From NCBI GenBank assembly GCA_000934665.2, contig JYFJ02003249.1, positions 1 to 44,353 on the forward strand: DNA of 44,353 bases, given 5' to 3'. This DNA comes from Catajapyx aquilonaris (Eukaryota). Under the pieces are notes generated by a model that made no database searches, was not told the DNA's origin, and saw only the letters and a program-made list of their open reading frames with translations. The position numbers were made by a program, and so were the translations under genes. Below, piece after piece: positions 36,401 through 44,353 of this stretch. How positions within the stretch are numbered: position 1 is the first letter of the stretch; each line of letters opens with the position of its first letter.

Positions 36401-37117
36401 CCGTTCACGACCTCATAGGCCGATCGCACTCACATGCCGTACGTTTCCACACAAAATAATAAAAGGCCTGTCGTTCAAAGCAGCTTTTTTTTTTTTGCGC
36501 AAAATCCAGCTGTGGCAGCTGGAGCTGCCACAGTTCAATTTTGCGCAAACAAGCTGCTTTGGAGAACAGGATATTAATAAACAAATAAAATGAATTTGAT
36601 GGTTGGTACAGGGTGCTAATAAAATACCATTTTGACAGCTTGAGGAGAAACGAACTCGGGAGCAGGTGGAACGAGTCTTCCGCAAGCTGGACCGTAACCA
36701 GGACGGCATTATAACCATCGAGGAGTTCATAGAATCCTGCCTCAAGGTATATACCACACCCTGTACTGAAAAGAGAGAGAGAGAGATAAAAAAATTGGGC
36801 CATTCATATTCCACTGCATACTTTTCGCCCTCAATTTGGCCGACAACTCGCTAAAGCCTTCCAACTTCGGAATATGAATGGCCCAAGCCTGTAGAGTGGG
36901 GAAAGAGAGAGAAAAAAAATAGCCCATTACAGGTTCATTTCCGTTTCGCGCATTGAAATTCATGTCGCCAGACTCATATTTCTTTTTCCTCCTTTTCATT
37001 TCCACATCTGCGACGTGACTACTGGGAATTTCCATATATACCATCTCAAAAAAAAAAAAAAAAATCAAGGATGAAATGATCAGCCGCTCGCTGCAGAGCA
37101 TGGACTCGAGCGTCTAG
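30404..37117 (+). CDS. KCNIP: Kv channel-interacting protein (KChIP)/calsenilin-like EF-hand neuronal calcium sensor, ~207 aa; exons 30404-30562, 35681-35750, 35887-35957, 36271-36438, 36639-36746, 37070-37117
   Basis: [105 protein letters not shown]...|[42 protein letters not shown]. Intron phases are consistent. The N-terminus could extend through upstream exons. Confidence 0.92.
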
Positions 37118-39037
37118 AATTTTTTTTTTGTGCGTGTTTTTTTTTTTTTGGCAGCAATGTCGACAAACGACGAGCGACGACGACTACCTCCTATCTTTAC
37201 CCCCACCATTTTCCCAATTTCAAATCCAACCCATTTTAACAGAGGGACAGAGAGGCGTATCCCGTAGCTCTGCAGAGTGTACGCAGTGCCTTGGCCACGG
37301 AGCTACTTCTACGACGACCACGGATTTTGGCAACTTCAGCCGCGTGGTTCAATCTCGTAAATGCCTCCCCNACCCCCCCCCCAAAAAAAAACACGACGAG
37401 ACTAGAGCGACTGATAGGCGCCATATTATAGATGTATGGCCGCATAGCTCATTGCTAGCTCACCTTCCTGGCAGTCAGCTTCCCTATTTTTTTTCTTTTT
37501 CAAATCCCATCCTTTAAGTGCTGGATTTTAAAAATAATAATAATAATGGACAGTTCCAGACTCCTCCTTTCCAAGTCGTTTGAAACGAAGCAAATAGCGG
37601 ATCTCCTCGTACTAATTAACAAAATCCTAATCTTCCTACCGCCTCGGCTTAGTTCCCGAGGCCTTGATTCTGTAACGTTGAACACAGCAATAATAATACT
37701 CGGTAATAACTAATAACTAACTAATAATAAAAAGTCAGCCAGCTTCCATTCAATAAAAAAAAAATCCCAAAGTCACGTTTATTTTAACAGGTATAGGTAA
37801 GTACATAGTGAGGGTCACCTTCAGCAGGTAAGAATTAACGCGCGCAATATTGACATCATGGTCATGTAATTTGTACGGATTTGATTGCGTAATTGTCAAT
37901 GTTTGGCTTGTAGTCTTCAAGCAGAAGCTCGAGCCAAGAAGAGGGACTACGAGAGGGGGGATTTAATCAAATCAGCCTTTCCCGTAATCAAGTCGCGCCA
38001 TCTAATATTCTCATTTCACAGCTCGATACCCTCGAAAAGAAACGGAGCGGCGAAAACTGCAGTGGGAAGACGTCACTTTGTATAGTTATGAGTTTACGAA
38101 GCATTGGAGCTCAAGTTGCAGGGAAGCAAGTTGATTATCATCATTATACAACACTTTTAGGGCGGTGCTTAAATGGTTTTTAAAAAAATAATTACAAGTC
38201 TGCTGGTGGGTTCAAAAAAAAAACTAAAAATGACAGAAATATTTGCATATAAAATTTGAGCCACATTTGGTTCTGATTTCTTCTTGAATTTTTCCGATCT
38301 GTACTTTACGTGCAGGCTACTTGTACTTGCTACAGTACTTGCGCAAGGCGTGATATAACATGGGCAATACCTCTGGAATTCCCCTTGTGGATAGGTAAAT
38401 CATGTACAATTCATTCGAGTAATAACCAATTCCGGCCAAGTTTCCCTGCCAGCTATTGACAAGTTCCTATTTGCTCCATCGGCAGTAAAAAATTGCTGGT
38501 CCAATAAATTATTGATGAGGCCCGTGGTGGTAATGAGGCTCAATGAGTGATTGGCTGTGGCCAAGTGGAATCGATCATTTTACTTCCCGACCTCTTGCAT
38601 AATAATTTATTCATGCACCCATCCTCGGCTGGGTTGTAAGGGAGCCAACAAGACATGATGTCAATTTACAAGAAGCTGCATGTACTTAGAGTGACGTCAG
38701 GTAAAAGAGTCATTACATTCCACCCCAGGAGAGGTCAAGCTCAAGGTCGGCTTATGGACCCATCCGGAAATCATCGTCAAGGACTTTTGATCAGGATGAT
38801 GAGGTAGTTAGTTGCTCGTGGTTGGATAGTCAAGAGACGCACATGTGTGTGTGTGTGGGGGGGAAACAGGAAGAAGCGCGATAAAAACACAGCACAGCTT
38901 GCACCTCATTGTCACTTCCAGCTCGATCCAGTAAGGTACGTTCGATAATGGTCGCAGAACAATGATCGGATTGTTCTGCGTTTTACATCAGGGGTTGATG
39001 ATAAACCAGTTGTTTGGTACTGATTCTTACAGCAATT

Positions 39038-39931
39038 ATGAAGGTTTTTCTGCTTGTTGTTTTCGTGGCTCTGATGGCCCACTGCGATGCCTGCTCTGGC
39101 CCTGAGGACTGTGCTGAAGGAGAGTGCTGTTCAATAGGTAAGTATACACTCTTCACGCCCACAACACTTTGTCAGCGATCGTATCAATAGCTATTCTGGC
39201 ACGCGATCATCTTAACAAGCATACGAGCCTATCTGCCAAACATTATCACATGACACTATCACTTGCATTTATTATGAGCAAGTGTCCGAAACAACATATT
39301 TGACCTAAATGCAGTGGCTATTCACAAACGGAATTTTATAATATTCCTATATAATATATTCCAACCGCGCTTACGTCAACTGGCTAGTTATACAACTCAT
39401 ACGTAATGCTCACAATATTTGGTGGCAACTCGAGTCAATGTTATTTCTGGTCTAGTACAGTCACCAGCTGAATTATCCCGACATGATCGCTCTTTTTCTC
39501 AGCGGATATCCTGGTAGGCAAGGGCCATCCTCAGCCTCTTCCTTCATACGTACTTTTACTTTTTTTTAATAATAATAAATATGTACGGTATCTGTTTCCG
39601 TATAGTTGACCTTTTTTTTATCAGGATACCCGCAGAGAATGTGCAGTACATCAGTTATAGGCAGGTTTCACTGCAGTAATATGATTATGGCTTATGGTAA
39701 TCGACAGGAATGATGCGATACAGTATCCCAAGCTGCCGTCCTATGGGACAAGTTGGGGACAGGTGCAGACCAGGAGCCAGTCCCATAGACGCTGTCCTGA
39801 GCTACCCGGACGGATCCACCAGGGAAATCAGCAATACCTACACTCTCTTCTGCCCTTGCCAAGATAACAAAGGCCTCCAATGCAGCACAGACTCAGCCAC
39901 CTGTGTCCCCACTAGGGGAAACAATTTGTAA
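39038..39931 (+). CDS. Astakine-like (prokineticin-domain) secreted cytokine, 107 aa; exons 39038-39137, 39708-39931
   Basis: Signal peptide MKVFLLVVFVALMAHCDA, then a 10-Cys domain CSGPEDCAEGECCSIGMMRYSIPSCRPMGQVGDRCRPG...LSYPDG...YTLFCPCQDNKGLQCSTDSATC. No AVIT N-terminus. The GMMRYS.P.C and YP.G features match astakine-2 type proteins as recalled. Confidence 0.88.
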
Positions 39932-40899
39932 ACATAACAATTTAGCCATTCCCTCATCCATCTCTTCCCAATAAAACTTCGATGATGATGATAATAAAAA
40001 CAACATTGCATGACTAAACCTTTTTTTCTTTCGTTCTCCGTCTATATATCGTCTGCATTGTGCGTAACCAAGTTACGTAGTAATAAGTTTATCCTCCTTT
40101 TTTTCGGACTTTGGAGGACAATAGCAAAATTCTAGTGCACACTTTCTCTCGGGCTGACAGGAAATTCGTAGTATCTCAAGATTTGCGTCACCACTTTTTA
40201 AAACAGTAGGTATCCAGCCGATGCACACAACCTATTGATCATATCTAGCAAAGCACTAGGGGGGGTTTGTTGGTTCGATAAGACCTTCCGTTCTGCTCAC
40301 GGGATGTAGTCTCCGCAGTTTCACTGTTCAATGCATATGCATCATCACACAGCTGCGACATAAACGTAGGGTAAATGCTAACAATAATTGCTTATTTTGT
40401 CTGAAACGTTCAGTGAGCATAAGTATGTTATACATAATTCTGACAATTCATGTTACAGACATATTGGAAATGCGGAGTAAGTACCGTTTGTTTCTAGCTG
40501 CAGATGATATCTTGAAAGAAACGCACGTATGCATACAGGGAAAATCCTTGGTTCGATACGTTATAACAGTATCCGCTTTCAAACGCGAATTTTTTTTTTG
40601 CAAATTATTGCTCAGCACAATGCAATCAGCAGAGTACGGGAATCAGCTTATTAAGCTAAAAGTCTTCATAAGTAATTGCTAGGTCAAACCCCTTTCTTAA
40701 TCGAAGCAAAAAAAGCAACAAAAAAGTACAGGATTTCCTAATGAACAGTTTTCAAGTTTCTCCAATAGTTTGCTATCATTGTAAAAGTTTTGTGCTCAAA
40801 AAGTTTAATAAAATATTTCATTACAAATGTAAACAGATCCGCCCATACTTGTTAGCATAAGGTCGAACATGAAGTAATGTTTTAATTTTCAACGTGAAG

Positions 40900-43259
40900 T
40901 GTCCCAGAATCCAACCAAAGTAAGGGTCCTAGAGGGACACTACAAGTCTCCAAAGCCATCACAGTCAGATGACGAGTCAGAGGACTCTGACTTTGAAGAT
41001 GACGAAGAGGACGACATCCCCGACGAACTTCATCCGGAGCACCTTCGGCTGATGGGCCGCATGGCTGGAGTCTACTGGGACTCGGTGGGACCAGACTTCA
41101 CCCCCTGGCCACCGGGGTACGAAAACATGCATGTCCTTGCAGACAGGAGCAAGGAGTTTGCTAAGAACCCGGACGCGGCCATAGCCAAGTTGAAGCGCAA
41201 GTACGGTACAGACGTGTTCACCACCAGGCTGGCACTCAGGGCCACTGTCATCCTCGGCAGCAACCCTGCATGCGTCGAGTTCTTCAAAGGTTCTCCTTCA
41301 TCCCTATTGTATTTTCATTACACCCTGTACCTACATGTACAACAGAGCCAATTACATTTCAGGTTTTGAGGAAGAGAAGGTTGGATTTGTCTATGTCTCT
41401 CGAATGAGGGACATACTTGGGAAGAGGTGTTTCCTTTTTCCGTCACTACCACCAGCACCTCCAACTCCGCCACGTCCGGAGGCTGTTCCACAAAAAGGGG
41501 GGAAAGGCGCCAAGGGTGCTAAAGGTAGAAAAAAAAGTGCTGCAAAAGCTCCAAAGCCTGAAAAAGCAAAGAAGGATAAAAAAGGTAACTAAAGTGGTAA
41601 AGGGTGGTGTACAAGTGACACAAATAATAATGTCGAAAATAATGTAACACTGAAGGTAAGAAATCCGCAAAAGTGGAAGAACTGCTGCCAGAAGTCGACC
41701 CAGATGCGCCTCCACCACCTCCACCACCAACCATGGCTCAGCGGCTTGCAGCAGCAATTCCTGCTGAGTTTACCATTATGCTTGAGGACAGAATTTACAC
41801 CGATTTCTTACCAGGCTGGGTGACAGCACTTCCCGTGAACAAGCCTCTTGACCTCAAAGCAGCCTTGAATGCAATTATGTCAGAGTTTGTCATCTGGCTC
41901 ATGACAAATGTCACTAAACAGGCCGATGCCGAACTTATTACCAAAGTGCAACAAACCACCGAGGTCCAACACACAGGCAAGGTTTTGCTATTCAAACACT
42001 TCACGTAGGGTCGTCATAAGTACAATAAATTAATGGATACTTTTCAGCACTACTAATGCTGTGTACCGACTTCAAGCGCCCTGTGGCGAAGAATCCTGCC
42101 CTCATCCAAGCCATAGCAGCTAAATCAACACTCATTACCATGATAACTCCCTTCATGGCCTACCATGAGACCGGTAATGCTTAAGTCATGCAAAAGTAAA
42201 TGTAGCAGTATATTTTAACTTACACACCGCTACATTTTAGGCCCATGGATGTCAATCCTAACAGCATCATGTGCAGACTCAGAGGAAAGTAAGGACCAAT
42301 TCTCAACCCTGATGTCACCCCTTATGGTCAAATGCCTGGCTTCCATTCTCTTGTCACTCATAATCACCTCACCAACGTGGCGACCTGTTCGTAACCGTTC
42401 CCATCATTCTGGGAAAAAGCCCATTACAAACTTAACAAATGCATTTCTTGCACATTATTCCGCAGCCTATGGAGGACCCAGACTGGGGAGATTTCCCTCC
42501 TGAAGATCTGGACCCAATCTTGTTCGAAGTGCTGAGGATGTTTCCTCCTCTTACAATGGGGTACGGAGTCACCAAGACGATTACAACCATGTTTGGATGT
42601 TCCCTAGGCGAGGACCAGGCAATGATCCCTTACCTGTGGATGGGGCAGCGAGATCCCAATGTGTTCCCTTCCCCGGACAATTTCAACCCAGGTCGATGGA
42701 CGGAACAGTAAGTTCATCGCACTAACTGCAAATATGGACCACCTACAGTACCATTCCTCAGTGGATGTCACTCACCTGACCAAACCCTGCTTCCTACTGG
42801 GAATACTTTGTTGTTTCATGTCACTTATCATTGTTGCACTCCCTGTCATTGAAAAGCTTGTTTCCGATGTTGCAATACTGGAACAATCGTTCCAGTAAGA
42901 GGCATGGCCAGGTCATTCATGCTCACTTACTCTAACATATTAATATTGCAGGTCAGAATTGGCAAGAGAAATACTATTCCCATTTACATGCGGAACTTTG
43001 GGGAAACTCCTCGGTGAAGTGTTTGTATGCACAGTGAAGGTTAGTGTTTGCCTGTCAGAGTAGCTTGCAATATTCTTGATCACAATGTGGTCTCCCGCAG
43101 GCATTCATAGGGAGCTTTGGCAAATTGTACCGATGGGAAGTGATTGACAATCCTGATCTGATCCAATGGGAGAAGTTTCCAGTGCTGCAGCCCAGAATGC
43201 CAGTCATGGTGGTACTCAAAAAGCTTCCTCAGAGGGCTAAACCTTTAAAATCGATGTGA
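40900..43259 (+). CDS. Atypical cytochrome P450-fold protein (CYP26/CYP16/CYP120-like N-terminal pattern) lacking the heme Cys; exons approx. 40900-41289, 41363-41584, 41656-41976, 42048-42173, 42241-42386, 42466-42707, 42952-43039, 43101-43259; possible start micro-exon 40470-40476
   Basis: PWPPG...DRSKEFAKNP....KRKYGTDVF..RL..R.TV (Pro hinge/A-helix/beta1), EVLRMFPP (ExxR), QRDPNVFPSPDNFNPGRW (meander/PERF), LFPFTCG, YRWE..PDL..EKFPVLQP. The frame is continuous with 60-80 nt introns. The start and two donors are uncertain. Confidence 0.75.
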
Positions 43260-43580
43260 AAATGTATTTCATCTACAAAATCTGCGACTATATTTTACAA
43301 GAGCTTCATTTCAGATGGTCAAAACAATGCTGACACTTACAGCATTTCAAAAAAATTAAATGTACTGTGTGGTGAGAGAAATAAAATCACATGCTTTCCA
43401 TAACAATTCTTGACTATTAATCACTCTCTCGAGACATACAGTGTTGTAAGCACTGATTGTAAAATATTAACAACACCAGAACCCACAAGTGTTTGTCCAC
43501 TTTGTCATTAGCAGGGACTTGGCACCATTCCATAATAACGCTGAATGACCCCCCGACAATCCCCGCCGGTAGCACCAGTC

Positions 43581-44179
43581 TCATAATCTCTTGCTAAGAA
43601 TGTTATGAAGGCGCCTGTGATCTCTCATGAGCGCTTTATCTCTCAGTGGCCTCAACACTCCGCACGGCAAGGTCTCGCTAATGACCAGAGCTGCCGTCCC
43701 CAGCCTGGCAGCATCCCTTACCTCTCCTCCTTTGACCACGGGAGGTTCCGACACTAGTCTGCAGCATTCCTCCATACGGTGCATCACAAGCTCCAACACC
43801 TGCCGAAGAATCCACCCATCAATATTAAGTGTTTCTAGAAAATGGCAACTGACCAAACCTGCTGTGCAAGTATATGCTCCTCGTTTGGCTCCAGTACAAA
43901 TGCGGCTGCGGTACCTGCCGATGCCCTCCAAGCCACCACGACGACTCCAGCCATCCTGAAGTACCCTCTGATGCTCTCAGGGTATTCTCCAACTTCTCTA
44001 AGCAATCTTCTTTGTAAGGCAGCCTCTCTCTCACCGTAGCTGAGTCTGCACAACCATTCTTGCTTCACCCGGCTTGCCACGGACGTGTAGGACCAGGACG
44101 TGTCTTCCGGGCCGTACCGACGATGCAGTACCACACGCGGTGTCTGCTCTAGGGTCAGGAGAAGCATTGCATGGACCAT
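43581..44179 (-). CDS. AP5S1: AP-5 complex subunit sigma-1, ~179 aa; exons 44179-43859 and 43799-43581
   Basis: MVHAMLLLTL...VASRVK...RGYFR...VAW...AFVLEPNEEHILAQQ|VLELVM...ETLPCGVLRPLRD resembles the AP5S1 pattern (MVHAFLIHTL...RGAFRL...VVW...LVLDAHENLLLAE...FLPHGQLLFLND). A 59-nt GT-AG intron joins the two ORFs in frame. Confidence 0.8.
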
Positions 44180-44237
44180 GGCTGGGCAAAAATCAGTCGA
44201 AACTGGCCGAAATCAAAACGTTCCATTTTCAGCAAAC

Positions 44238-44325
44238 GGCGCCATGTTGGAAAAAAAAGTAGTATCGATAATCCAACATATCGATATTTTCGACAAATAT
44301 CGATGTTTTTAACTAAATATCGATG
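44238..44325 (-). promoter_or_regulatory. Housekeeping promoter of AP5S1: DRE cluster plus a YY1-like motif
   Basis: TATCGATA at 44263 and 44279, TATCGATG at 44298 and 44318; CCAACATGGCGCC on the minus strand at 44238-44250. Confidence 0.65.
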
Positions 44326-44353
44326 ATTTCTGAAATTCGGTGATGGTCCAATG

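Noticed and set aside
1..44353. CRISPR arrays, rRNA or tRNA genes, prokaryotic operons
   Set aside because: None seen; the sequence is intron-containing eukaryotic DNA.

Overview
Eukaryotic invertebrate DNA, most likely arthropod: short ~60-70 nt introns, an astakine gene and DRE motifs. Many ORFs in the track are exon fragments. Contents in order: (1) an hAT transposon end and a TTAA-flanked MITE (1-1.4 kb); (2) a head-to-tail array of six 5-exon ADP-ribosylhydrolase ARH3 (ADPRS/ADPRHL2)-like genes (2.2-17.7 kb), five intact and one pseudogene, plus a truncated relic; (3) ~12 kb of degenerate repeats, palindromes and a Tc1 remnant; (4) a 6-exon KChIP/neuronal calcium sensor gene; (5) a 2-coding-exon astakine-like cytokine; (6) a multi-exon cytochrome P450-fold gene lacking the heme-ligating Cys; (7) AP5S1 on the minus strand. 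The two most notable observations: the five derived ARH3 paralogs all end in a CaaX-like motif (CQLM/CEIM) that the ancestral-like copy lacks, and they vary mainly in loops near the substrate site while keeping catalytic residues; and the P450-fold gene has an intact frame but no Cys ligand and no visible membrane anchor. Gene models were assembled by eye from splice signals and frame continuity; no database searches were run.
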